Assembly (NCBI GenBank): GCA_013416795.1
Contig: RQSC01000033.1
Coordinates: forward strand, 162,280 to 226,279
Direction: 5' to 3'
Source of the DNA: Prasinococcaceae sp. CCMP 1430
Taxonomy: Eukaryota > Plantae > Prasinodermophyta
DNA: 64,000 nt
Below the pieces are notes generated by a model. That model saw only the letters and a list, made by a program, of their open reading frames with translations, was not told the DNA's origin and did not search any database. Shown here piece after piece: positions 54,822-64,000 of this stretch. A program made the position numbers and the translations under genes. Numbering within the stretch: position 1 is the stretch's first letter; the number at the start of each line of letters is the position of its first letter.

Positions 54822-54918
54822 GTGTGTGCGTGCGTGTGTGTGTGTGTGTGTGCGTGTGCGTGTGCGTGCGTGTGTGTGTGTGTGTGTGTATGTGTGTGTG
54901 TGTGTGTGTGTGCCTGTG

Positions 54919-54950
<32 letters not shown>
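54822..54950. repeat. (TG)n microsatellite
   Basis: Long, imperfect GT tract. Confidence 0.93.
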
Positions 54951-55064
54951 AGCGGGTGCGTCACAGCGAGGTGCTGCGGCGCGCGCGTCGCCCCTGCGCG
55001 GCTGCGGCGGCGGCTGCGGCGGNNNNNNNNNNNNNNNNNNNNNNNNNNNNNNNNNNNNNNNNNN

Positions 55065-56639
55065 CGCTCGCCCTACGAGGCGCCGGCCTCGAGCCCCGCG
55101 TACGCGTACGCCGCGCGGCCGGGCAGCGCGCACCCCGGCTCCGCGCGGCACCGCAAGCTCGCCCGCGGCGCGTCCCCAGGGACAACGCGCGTCGTCGCCA
55201 CGCCTCCCCCGCCGACGCCGAGGACGCCGGTGGCGCAGGTGCAGGCGTCGCCCGCCCTCGGGTGCGGCGAGAGCGCCAGCGCGGCTGACGCGAGCGCGCT
55301 GCGCTTCCTCTTCTCCGAGCGGCAGCTCGCGGCCGCGCGACGGCTCGCGCAGTGGCACACGCGGGACCTTGCGCTCATGCAGAGGCCCCTCGCAGACGCC
55401 GCGCCCGCATCGGACGCGGTCGGCAGCGACGCGCCGGAGCCGCAGCTGAGGCACCTCGACGTGTTCGCCGAGCCCGCGCCCGACGACGACGAGGGCCTAT
55501 CGCGCTGGGACGCCGCCGTGCAAGCGCTGCTGAGGGGGGAGAACGGCTGGCCCGAGGGCCTCATACCGCCGTACGAGGCGATCGCCAAGGAGGCGGGCGC
55601 GGCCGACCGCGTCGCGTACCTGCCGGGCGACGGCGGCGCCGGCGACAGCGGGGCGCGCGACACGACTACGCGCTGGGGCAAGCCGAGCAGCTGCGCCAAC
55701 TGGCGGCGCTACGCGAGCCGACCGCTCGACTCGCCGGTGGACGTCGAGGCGCTGGCGGCGTGGGCATCGCAGGCGCGCCTCAGCGCCGGCAGCACAGCGG
55801 GCGCCGAGGAGGTCGCCGCCCTGCTGCGCCTCAACCAGGCGCTGCTGGCTGACCTTCTCGCGCGACGCGCTGAGGTCTTTTCTACCGAGGCCGAGTACTG
55901 GGAGCGCCGCGCCAACAACCTCGAGGCGTTGCTGCGCTCGCGAAATCTGCCAGTCCCTGCGGCGCCGCCGATGCCGGACAAGGTCGCTGCCGAGGTCAAG
56001 CACAGGCGACCGCGGCCAGCAGCGGCGCCCCCAATCGAAGAGACGGCTGTGCCAAAGCCTGCCGAGGTGACCACCGCGACCGCCGTCGCCGTCTCGCCGT
56101 CCGTGCGAGGCACGAGCGACGCCCTCGAGTCGGCGAGCAGCGCGGCGGTGGCCGCCGCCACCGCCGCGCCGCCGCGTCCCCTTTCACGCCTGGGGCGCGA
56201 GAACGCTGAGCGCCCACCCCACGAAGACTACTTCACCATTGAGGAGGAGGACGAGAACGAGCCTGACGAGGTCGTGTACGCAGGCGAAGACCTAAGTGCT
56301 GCCTTCGACACGGTCAGCGAGCTTGAGGAAGACTCACTTTCCCTCGGAGGCAGCGACGACGCGCACGAGCACGAGTCCGATAGCGACGCCGCTGCCGCGG
56401 TCGAGAGCGTCCTCGATAGTTTCGCACTTGAGGACGACTCGAATTCCCTCGGAGGTAGCGACGACGAGGACGAGCACGAGTCCGATAGCGACGCCGCTGC
56501 CGCAGTGGAGAACCTCCTCGAAAGTCTCGCAGACAACCTCGTAGCCGTCGACCAAAGTGATGCGGTGGGTGATGAGGCGGACTCGTCGGAAGGTGAGAGC
56601 GAAACCATCCGTCGGCTGCCTCGGATGCCGGGCAGGTGA
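55065..56639 (+). CDS. Hypothetical protein with coiled-coil segment and acidic duplicated C-terminus; 5' end in gap
   Basis: Long GC3-biased ORF with two ~35-aa copies of (E)EDSxSLGGSDDxxEHESDSDAAAAVE. Confidence 0.6.
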   Translation, partial: RSPYEAPASSPAYAYAARPGSAHPGSARHRKLARGASPGTTRVVATPPPPTPRTPVAQVQASPALGCGESASAADASALRFLFSERQLAAARRLAQWHTRDLALMQRPLADAAPASDAVGSDAPEPQLRHLDVFAEPAPDDDEGLSRWDAAVQALLRGENGWPEGLIPPYEAIAKEAGAADRVAYLPGDGGAGDSGARDTTTRWGKPSSCANWRRYASRPLDSPVDVEALAAWASQARLSAGSTAGAEEVAALLRLNQALLADLLARRAEVFSTEAEYWERRANNLEALLRSRNLPVPAAPPMPDKVAAEVKHRRPRPAAAPPIEETAVPKPAEVTTATAVAVSPSVRGTSDALESASSAAVAAATAAPPRPLSRLGRENAERPPHEDYFTIEEEDENEPDEVVYAGEDLSAAFDTVSELEEDSLSLGGSDDAHEHESDSDAAAAVESVLDSFALEDDSNSLGGSDDEDEHESDSDAAAAVENLLESLADNLVAVDQSDAVGDEADSSEGESETIRRLPRMPGR

Positions 56640-56803
56640 TGTTCATCGGAGGCGCGGCTCCCATGGTAGGGCACACATAAATTACAACCTCTGTCGCCAG
56701 CACGCGCGCACGCTTGCATGCACGCACGCACGCACGCGTGCGAGGGCAGGCACGTACGGATGCTCACGCACGCGCGGATGCTCATGGGCACACACCCGTG
56801 GCG

Positions 56804-56990
56804 TCATCGCGCGCCGGCGGCAATGTCGTACACGAGGTACGCTACTAGAGCGCCCGCTGCGAGCTGGAGCAGCTCGGGCCGCTCGCCTTGGACCTTCTTC
56901 AACGCGTCTGCCGCCTCGATGGGCCGGCGCCCTCCCGCGCGGAGCTGCTCGACCAGCGCGCGATAGAGCGCTTGGCCGGCGCCGCCGCGC
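56804..56990 (-). CDS. C-terminal fragment of an unidentified membrane-anchored protein
   Basis: [15 protein letters not shown]...[22 protein letters not shown] with coding-like codon bias. Confidence 0.4.
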
Positions 56991-57000
56991 CCGCCGGCAG

Positions 57001-57334
57001 GCCCGCCGACTGCCCCGTCAAGAGCAAGGCCGGCGACAAGCTGTCGATGCACTACACGGGCACGCTCGCCGCCGACGGCAAGAAGTTCGACTCGTCGCTC
57101 GATCGCAACCAGGAGTTCGCCTTCAGCCTGGGCAAGGGGCAGGTCATCAAGGGCTGGGACGAGGGCCTCAAGGACATGTGCATCGGCGAGAAGCGCACGC
57201 TCAACATCCCGTCCGCCGAGGGCTACGGCGCTCGCGGCGCGGGCGGCGTCATCCCGCCCAACGCCGACCTCGTGTTCACCGTGGAGCTCGTGAAGATCAA
57301 CGGCAAGGGCGCCGAGGCCGTCGAGCTCAAGTAG
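57001..57334 (+). CDS. FKBP-type peptidyl-prolyl isomerase (ER FKBP15/FKBP2-like), last exon only
   Basis: [48 protein letters not shown]...GYG and [13 protein letters not shown]. Confidence 0.92.
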
Positions 57335-58115
57335 GCGCTCCGGCCCGCCGCCGCCGCGACCGCCGCGCGCGCGAGCCCATCAGCTGCGGAGGGCGCGGGC
57401 GGAGAGTAACGCCGGCAACCACTGCCCCTGCTGCTCGCCATTGCGCACAGGTGGCGCGCGCGCGCATGCGCGCGCGCGCGCGCGCGCGTGCGCGGCCGAC
57501 GCAGGCACGGCACACACGCTGCTGGATATGCTTTCCGCACTGAATATGCTCTCCGCACGCGCGCGCGCGCGCACGCGCACGCACACGCGCAGCGCGCCTG
57601 CCACGCTGCGAACGCGGCCGCCAGCGGCCCCGCGAGGGCGCCGCCCAGGCAGGCGTCGGCGTTGGCGCGGGCGCGGGCGCAGTCGAGCGCACGACCGTGC
57701 CCAAGAACGACGGTGCCATCGCCATCGCCATGGCCGCGCTGGTGCTGCCGTGTGGCACCCTACCTTCCCTCCTCGGATTTTGGGAACGGAAGCGAGGCGG
57801 GCAGTCCGCACCCCGCGTAGATTTCTTGCCCGCGCCGGCTGTGCGACAGCGGCGCACCGCGCGCACCGGGGCCCAAGCGACGTGCACGCCACAAACAAGA
57901 GCCACGACACGCACGCTCGCACGCTCGCTCGCTCGCACGCACGCACACACAACGCGCCGTCGACAGGTCGTCTGGGCCGCGCCTCGCGCGCGTGGCCACC
58001 CTTCAGTTAAGTCATTACGCCGACGACAACGTCAGGCGATGGTCCCCGTGTTACAGCTGCGTGAATGTCGCCGCGAGCGCGCAAGGCACATGTGTTTGCG
58101 ATGTGCGCGCGCCGC

Positions 58116-58677
58116 TTACGACGGCGGGGCGCCGCGGCCGTAGCCACCGCCCTCGAAGCGCGGGCGGTAGGCGCCCGGCGCACCCTCCTTGCCGCTGCGG
58201 TCGCCGCCGTACCCGCGGCGGTCACCGCCGTCGCGGCCCGGCGCAGCGGGCGCCGCCGCGCGCGTCTGCTTCTTCAGCGTCGCCGGCACGATCTCCGCCG
58301 GCAGGCCGAGGTACTCCCTGAGGTACTCGATGCCCTCGTTGGTGAGGAAGTAGTAGTGGTGCTGCCACGCGAAGTTCTCGTGCACGAACTCCTTGCTCTT
58401 GAAGCTCTGCATGAGCTTGAGCACATGCTGTGGGGCGCAGGGCGGGCAGGTGCACGCATTGTCAGCCACAGCACGCACGCGGGGGGCGGCAACAGCAGCG
58501 CGCTGGGCAGGACGCAGACGGCGGCGGCCGAGCTGGCCCGTGCGCTCAGCGCCTGCGCTCGGTGCGCTGAGCGGCGCCACGCGCGCAGCCGCAGCCGCTC
58601 CACGCACCAGGTTGGGGACGTCGATCTCCGGGTGCTTGGGGAGGTTGGGGTCCTTCTTGGCGTACAGGACACCCTCT
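58116..58677 (-). CDS. RPS10: 40S ribosomal protein S10 (eS10); intron 58428-58607; first exon probably in gap
   Basis: [20 protein letters not shown]|[48 protein letters not shown]. Confidence 0.96.
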
Positions 58678-60040
58678 GCAGAGGCGCGTAGCGGCGCGGG
58701 GTGACGAGTCAGCGGCCGACGGCCACAGCAGCGCTGCGCTGCGGCAAGCGCAGCGCGCACCGCCGCGCGCCGAGCGCGCGCCAAGCGCGAGCGCGGCCAT
58801 ACTACAAGTGCATGCACAGAGGCTCTGCCTGCATTTCAGCACTTCTGTGACGGGAATTTCAGATGCATTATCTGGTGAATTACGGAGTGTATTCGATGCA
58901 AGTTCCATTCCGCGGTTTGTGTAGTCCCGGCGGCGGCCAAGCGGCGGCCGCGCTGGCGCGCGCGTGCGCGAGCGCTCCCGCATGATGTGGACCGGAGAGG
59001 GGGACGGAGGCGGGGCATGAGCAGGTGGGACGGCTTGAGGCGTGGTGTGGCGTGGCTCGGGCCCGGAGGCTGAGGGCAGGCGTCCCCTCGCTCGCGAGTC
59101 CGGCGCGAGCCGCTCGCCACGGGGCCACAGCGCACGCGCCCAGCGCTGGCGCCGCGCGTGAGCGTTTGCGCAGGTGCCAGCGCTTGCGCGGTGGGGAGGG
59201 NNNNNNNNNNNNNNNNNNNNNNNNNNNNNNNNNNNNNNNNNNNNNNNNNNNNNNNNNNNNNNNNNNNNNNNNNNNNNNNNNNNNNNNNNNNNNNNNNNNN
59301 NNNNNNNNNNNNNNNNNNNNNNNNNNNNNNNNNNNNNNNNNNNNNNNNNNNNNNNNNNNNNNNNNNNNNNNNNNNNNNNNNNNNNNNNNNNNNNNNNNNN
59401 NNNNNNNNNNNNNNNNNNNNNNNNNNNNNNNNNNNNNNNNNNNNNNNNNNNNNNNNNNNNNNNNNNNNNNNNNNNNNNNNNNNNNNNNNNNNNNNNNNNN
59501 NNNNNNNNNNNNNNNNNNNNNNNNNNNNNNNNNNNNNNNNNNNNNNNNNNNNNNNNNNNNNNNNNNNNNNNNNNNNNNNNNNNNNNNNNNNNNNNNNNNN
59601 NNNNNNNNNNNNNNNNNNNNNNNNNNNNNNNNNNNNNNNNNNNNNNNNNNNNNNNNNNNNNNNNNNNNNNNNNNNNNNNNNNNNNNNNNNNNNNNNNNNN
59701 NNNNNNNNNNNNNNNNNNNNNNNNNNNNNNNNNNNNNNNNNNNNNNNNNNNNNNNNNNNNNNNNNNNCCTAGCGCGCGGCCTGGCGGCGAGCCTGCGTTC
59801 TAGGGTTGGAACGCGTGCGCGTGTGCGCCTCGCGGGCGCGTGGGCGCGCGCCGCGCAGGCGCGCGCCGCGCCAGCGAAGCACGGCCTCCCCTTCGGGCCA
59901 CGACCCGACATGCATGCGCTCCCGAACTCGGCCGTGCCCCCTCACCTCACCGCCCTCGACTGCTTCGCTGACCTTCGCATCCGCCCGCCCCCATGGTTTG
60001 TCCCGCCGCCGCCGCCGCTCCCTTCATCCCCGCCCCGCAG

Positions 60041-60589
60041 ATCGGCCTGAAGAACTACGACCCGCAGAAGGACAAGCGTTTCTCGGGCACCGTCAAGCTG
60101 CCGTTCGTGCCGCGCCCCAAGCTCAAGCTGTGCATGCTCGGCGACGCGCAGCACTGCGAGGAGGCCCGCTCGCTCGGCCTCGACGCCATGTCGGTCGACG
60201 ACCTCAAGAAGCTCAACAAGGACAAGAAGCTCGTGAAGAAGCTCGCCAAGAAGTACCACGGCTTCCTCGCGTCGGACACCGTGATCAAGCAGATCCCGCG
60301 TCTCCTCGGCCCCGGCCTCAACAAGGCGGGCAAGTTCCCCACGCTGTGCACGCACAACGAGGAGCTCGCCGTCAAGGTCGACACCATCAAGAAGAACGTC
60401 AAGTTCCAGCTGAAGAAGGTGCTGTGCATGGGTGTGGCCGTGGGCAACGTCGACATGGAGGTCAAGGAGCTCTACTCCAACATCCAGATGTCGATCAACT
60501 TCCTCGTGTCGCTGCTCAAGAAGAACTGGCAGAACGTGAAGTGCCTGTACATCAAGTCGTCCATGGGCGCGCCCGTGCGCGTGTTCTAA
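60041..60589 (+). CDS. RPL10A: 60S ribosomal protein L10a (uL1), main exon; first exon in gap
   Basis: cag|[37 protein letters not shown] and [24 protein letters not shown]. Confidence 0.97.
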   Translation: MGLKNYDPQKDKRFSGTVKLPFVPRPKLKLCMLGDAQHCEEARSLGLDAMSVDDLKKLNKDKKLVKKLAKKYHGFLASDTVIKQIPRLLGPGLNKAGKFPTLCTHNEELAVKVDTIKKNVKFQLKKVLCMGVAVGNVDMEVKELYSNIQMSINFLVSLLKKNWQNVKCLYIKSSMGAPVRVF

Positions 60590-60946
60590 GCGGCTCGCGC
60601 GCGCTCCTCAGCGAGGGCTGACCTCACTCGCCGTGTCCCTGTCTACCAAGCTCGCCTGGCTGTAAGGCCGCGCCCCGCGCGCGGTGTGCCAAGGTGCATG
60701 CGTTGGGAGGACGCCGATCAGGCTCCATGGATCCCAGGGCGGCGAGCAGGCTACCTCGTGTAACAGAAACTCTCATTCAACACCGCGTGGGAAGACAGAC
60801 AGACAGGCCCGCGCGCCAATGGCCGCGCCGCTCGCGGTGGCTGCTGGCACTGGCTGCGCGTTGACTGTGGGCCGCGTTCGAGTGCACTGTGTCTGAAAGT
60901 CACGTTTGATTCGATTGCGATCACTACGCGCGCCTGCGGCGCGCCG

Positions 60947-63900
60947 CTACGTGCTGTGTCCGCTGTAGCCACCTTGCGAGCCGGACGGCGAGCGGTCGGC
61001 CATGCGGACGCGGCGCGTCGTGCCGTCGGCAAAAATGATCTCCTTGTCCCCCGAGGGCACGTGCGCCTCAGCCTGCCCCGAGGGGAAGAAGAACACCTCG
61101 ACGCCGTCACCATAGGTGGTGTGCCAGGTGTCGACCGAAGCGTAGTAGTACTCCACGCGGCCGTCCTCGCCGAGTGTGTGCTTCGCATCGCCGTTGCTGA
61201 ACCACACCGAACAGTCCCCGTTCGAGCGCGCCTCCTTGCGCGTGCCGTTGGCGAACGCCACGCAGCGCAACCCGTTTGCGTAGGTCTTCTCTGTCTTTCC
61301 ATCTTCGTAGTGCACCTCCTGCAATGCGCGCGCGGGCTCGCCCCCGCCAGCGCCGGGCGCGAACGGCGTGCGCGTCCGCGGCAGGCGCTGCAAGCGCTCC
61401 CACTGCGAGAGGGCCGGCGTAGCGCCCGCAGAGCGACCGGCGCTCGCCGAGCGCATCGACTGCGCGGAGCTCGCACCGGCGTCGACATCGAGTCCGTCCT
61501 CGTGCGCATCCGCGTGCGCCTCGCTGGCGCGCGCGTGCGCGTGCCTGCTGGTCGAGGCGCCTGAGCGCCTCGAGCCACCGTTCGCACCCGACGATGCGTC
61601 CAAGTCGCGCACATCCACGCCCAGGAACTCGGCGCTCAGGCGCAGCGCCTCGTCTGTCGAGCGCGCATGCGCGGGCGCGCGATGCGACACGCTCGAGCTC
61701 GTGCCGTTCCTCCGGGCACCCGACTGGCGACGCGAGCGGTCGCGCGCCGGCGCTTCGCGCGCACGCTGGCGACGCAGCTGCTCTTCATGCTCCTGCTGCC
61801 GGTGGCGTTCGAGGCGCTCCTGGTCGCTGTCGTCGTCGTGCGCGCGCGAGCGCTGATGGCGCTGTACCAGAGCTGCGCGGTGCCGCTGCGACTTCGCGTG
61901 CTGCTGTTGGTGGCGCGCCCTTGCGGAGGCCTCATCGGCTGCGCCGCCACCGCCGCTGGCCATGCTCTGGCGCTCACGGCGCGTTTCCGCCACGTCCCAT
62001 TGGGCTAGCCGTTGCTCCTCGATGCGACGGATCTCCGCAGAGAGCTCCTCGTTGCGTGCCTTGGCATCCGCGAGCTGCGCGCGCAGGCGCTGCTCAGTAA
62101 TGCGGTGGCGGGCCTCACGCCCGCGGTGCTCCTCCTTCAGCGCCTCCATCTCCGCCCGCAGCTCATCGGCCTCGGCGCGCTGGGCTTTCGTCGGCATTGA
62201 CAACAGGGCGCGGCTCTGCTTCTCCAGCACCCGCCGGTCGCGCTTGAGGCGCGCGAGCTCGGCGGCTTGTCGCTCGGAGAACTTCGCCCACTCGGCCTCG
62301 CGGCGTTGCTCGGCCTCGCGCTCGGAAGCCGCGAGGGCCTGCTCGCGCTTGTCGAGCGCCGTGCGGCGCTCGCGCTGCCGCTGCCGCTCGGCTGCCACCT
62401 CGGCAGCCTCCTTGCGAAGCTCCCCTGCCTCAACGGCGAGGGCCGCCGCCGCCTCGGCGTTCGCCGCGGCGTCCGCCTCGGTGGTGTTGCCGCCCGCTGG
62501 GCGCGCGCCCTCGCGCTCGCCGCTCTCGATGGAGGCGTCGGCGAGCGCCTCGTCGCGCTCCCCAGCGGGCCGCGGGTAAAACAGATCGCGCACGAGGCGA
62601 GACGCGGGGGCGCGCGGCGCCTGCGGATTCGAAGGCTCGAGACGCGTGTCCCCCCGGGCGGGCGGGCGCCGCGCGGGCGAGGTGGCGTCGCCCTCGTAGT
62701 CATCACCGCTCTCCTCGCTCCACGCGAACGAGTCCGCGCTCCGTCGCACGCGCCCGAAAGCCGCGCTGGGCCCCTGTCGCGTCACACGCGCGCCGGCTGC
62801 GCCCGCGGACGCGCTGACGGAGGCGACCACGCCGGCCATCTCAGCGAACAGCGGGTTGTCATGGGGTGCGCGGGCGGACGCCGATGGGTCCCACGAGCAA
62901 TGTGCGGGTACCTGCGCGGCTGAGCCCTCGCGTGCGTCCGCGCGCGCCATCGCGGGCAGATGCTCCCCATTTGCCGCGTCATGGCGCCCCTGCTGCGCAG
63001 CGTCGCTCCTCGCCCGCGGGGCGCCGGGCGCGCCGACGCCCGCAGGGCCCGCGCCGCGACCGCCGCTCGCCTGCAGCAGTATCTCCCTTTCAAGGCTTTC
63101 GAACTCCTCGAGTTCGAGGCGCTCCACCTCGGCGTCGCGCACGTGCGCGCCGCCGCCGTTGCTGTGCGAGGTCATGCTCGCGCCCGCGCCCACGAAGCCG
63201 GGCTCGAGCCCTGCATCGCTCTGATCGGATCCATCGAGCGCAGCTTCGAGCGCGGCGACGTTCACGCCCGCGCCGAGGTGGTCAGCTGCGTCGAAGCCGT
63301 TGCCCGTGTCCTCTCCATCGAGCACGTCTGCGCCATCGTCGAGCTCGACCTCTTCCTCCTCGTCGAAGCCAAAGCTCTCGTATCGGTCGAAGCTGTCATC
63401 GATGATCGCGCCCACCGCACCCGGCGCGTCGTCGTCGAAATCCGCCCACGAGTCCCCGCTGTCGTAGTGGACGCCGCCCTGCTCTTGTGCTGGCGCCGCG
63501 CCCCCGAGCGCTGCTGCGCGACGCTCGCGCGCATCTGGCTGCGCGTCGGACTGGGCGTGCTGCCGCGCCGGCTCCTGCGGCGGGCCCTGGCGCGACGCCT
63601 GGAGCGGCGGTGGCTCGGACCTCCCTAAGGCGTTGGAGCCACCGTCGCGCGGCTTCGCGGTCCCGGTGGTCGGCCTCAGCCCGCCGCGGCTCTTGGGGCG
63701 CGCGAGGTTATCGAGCCGCGAGCCGCCGTTGGCCTCGCGCTGGCGCTGGCGCTGCTGCGCTGCGCGGCGCTCCCGCTCGGGCTCCTGCGGCAGCAGCCCG
63801 CCCGCCGCCTCGTACGCGCTTCCCGCCTTGTCTGCCGCGCGCTTCTTCGCCGACGTGCTTCCGAGCACGCCCTGGCCACGGCGGAGGAAGGCGCGCTTGG

Positions 63901-64000
63901 GGGTCGCGGCGGCGTCGGCACCAACAGGCTGTCGGTTCTCCTCCTGCGCGAACGACTCCTTGGCGGCGAGCGCGCGCCGCGCCGGGGCCGCGGCGCGCGG
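60947..64000 (-). CDS. SAS4: Centriole protein SAS-4/CPAP (CENPJ); 5' end beyond the window
   Basis: KRAFLRRGQG near 63870-63900 (CPAP tubulin-binding PN2-3-like), a central coiled coil, and a C-terminal TCP/G-box (YEDGKTE..YANG..FANGTRK..FSNGDAK..FPSGQAE..FADGT). Confidence 0.88.
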   Translation of the reverse strand, partial: PRAAAPARRALAAKESFAQEENRQPVGADAAATPKRAFLRRGQGVLGSTSAKKRAADKAGSAYEAAGGLLPQEPERERRAAQQRQRQREANGGSRLDNLARPKSRGGLRPTTGTAKPRDGGSNALGRSEPPPLQASRQGPPQEPARQHAQSDAQPDARERRAAALGGAAPAQEQGGVHYDSGDSWADFDDDAPGAVGAIIDDSFDRYESFGFDEEEEVELDDGADVLDGEDTGNGFDAADHLGAGVNVAALEAALDGSDQSDAGLEPGFVGAGASMTSHSNGGGAHVRDAEVERLELEEFESLEREILLQASGGRGAGPAGVGAPGAPRARSDAAQQGRHDAANGEHLPAMARADAREGSAAQVPAHCSWDPSASARAPHDNPLFAEMAGVVASVSASAGAAGARVTRQGPSAAFGRVRRSADSFAWSEESGDDYEGDATSPARRPPARGDTRLEPSNPQAPRAPASRLVRDLFYPRPAGERDEALADASIESGEREGARPAGGNTTEADAAANAEAAAALAVEAGELRKEAAEVAAERQRQRERRTALDKREQALAASEREAEQRREAEWAKFSERQAAELARLKRDRRVLEKQSRALLSMPTKAQRAEADELRAEMEALKEEHRGREARHRITEQRLRAQLADAKARNEELSAEIRRIEEQRLAQWDVAETRRERQSMASGGGGAADEASARARHQQQHAKSQRHRAALVQRHQRSRAHDDDSDQERLERHRQQEHEEQLRRQRAREAPARDRSRRQSGARRNGTSSSVSHRAPAHARSTDEALRLSAEFLGVDVRDLDASSGANGGSRRSGASTSRHAHARASEAHADAHEDGLDVDAGASSAQSMRSASAGRSAGATPALSQWERLQRLPRTRTPFAPGAGGGEPARALQEVHYEDGKTEKTYANGLRCVAFANGTRKEARSNGDCSVWFSNGDAKHTLGEDGRVEYYYASVDTWHTTYGDGVEVFFFPSGQAEAHVPSGDKEIIFADGTTRRVRMADRSPSGSQGGYSGHST

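Noticed and set aside
58850-58900. TPP riboswitch in the RPS10 intron
   Set aside because: A CAGA-TAAT-GC loop superficially resembles P5, but the CTGAGA and ATACCC/GAACCTGA cores are absent.
1-64000. tRNA, rRNA or autonomous transposon genes
   Set aside because: No cloverleaf/T-loop signature, rRNA sequence, transposase or reverse-transcriptase motif was recognised by eye.

Overview
This is eukaryotic nuclear DNA that is very GC-rich, gene-dense and full of short GT-AG introns made of (GC)n/(GT)n-rich sequence. Plastid-type genes (release factor 1, ENH1-like PDZ-rubredoxin, ABCD2), plant telo-boxes (AAACCCTA), TGTAA 3' signals and flagellar genes point to a green alga, probably prasinophyte-grade (inference). 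About 36 protein-coding loci are visible: UPF1, SPB1, ZNF511-like, PIH1D2-like, YjbQ, RF1, ENH1-like, two-domain glyoxalase I, a secreted Pro/Thr repeat protein, a MYND protein, TTL-like TPR-thioredoxin, AGT2, an ePHD protein, a TRIC channel, an ABCD transporter, an M14 carboxypeptidase, RSPH14, RSP4/6, a secreted LRR protein, an OGT/SEC fragment, GLTP, a TPR protein, a CML, CNPY, IFT52, a prosaposin-like protein, a JmjC protein, Ppx/GppA, FKBP, RPS10, RPL10a and SAS-4/CPAP. The assembly is a draft. It has N gaps (12165-12271, 14976-15347, 55023-55064, 59201-59767), single-N joins (20777, 37643, 54112) and apparent collapses at GC runs or microsatellites, so many 5' ends are missing and several long ORFs in the track are chimeric. 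The most notable observations are: telo-box motifs repeatedly placed in the loops of unrelated hairpins; a ~310-bp foldback element; a MYND protein with a Helitron-Rep-like segment; a TTL-type gene (a family reported as land-plant specific) in an apparent alga; a TPR protein with an MLLE/PABC-like domain; structured intronic inserts; and a head-to-head pair of radial-spoke genes. All family calls come from motif recognition by eye, not database searches.
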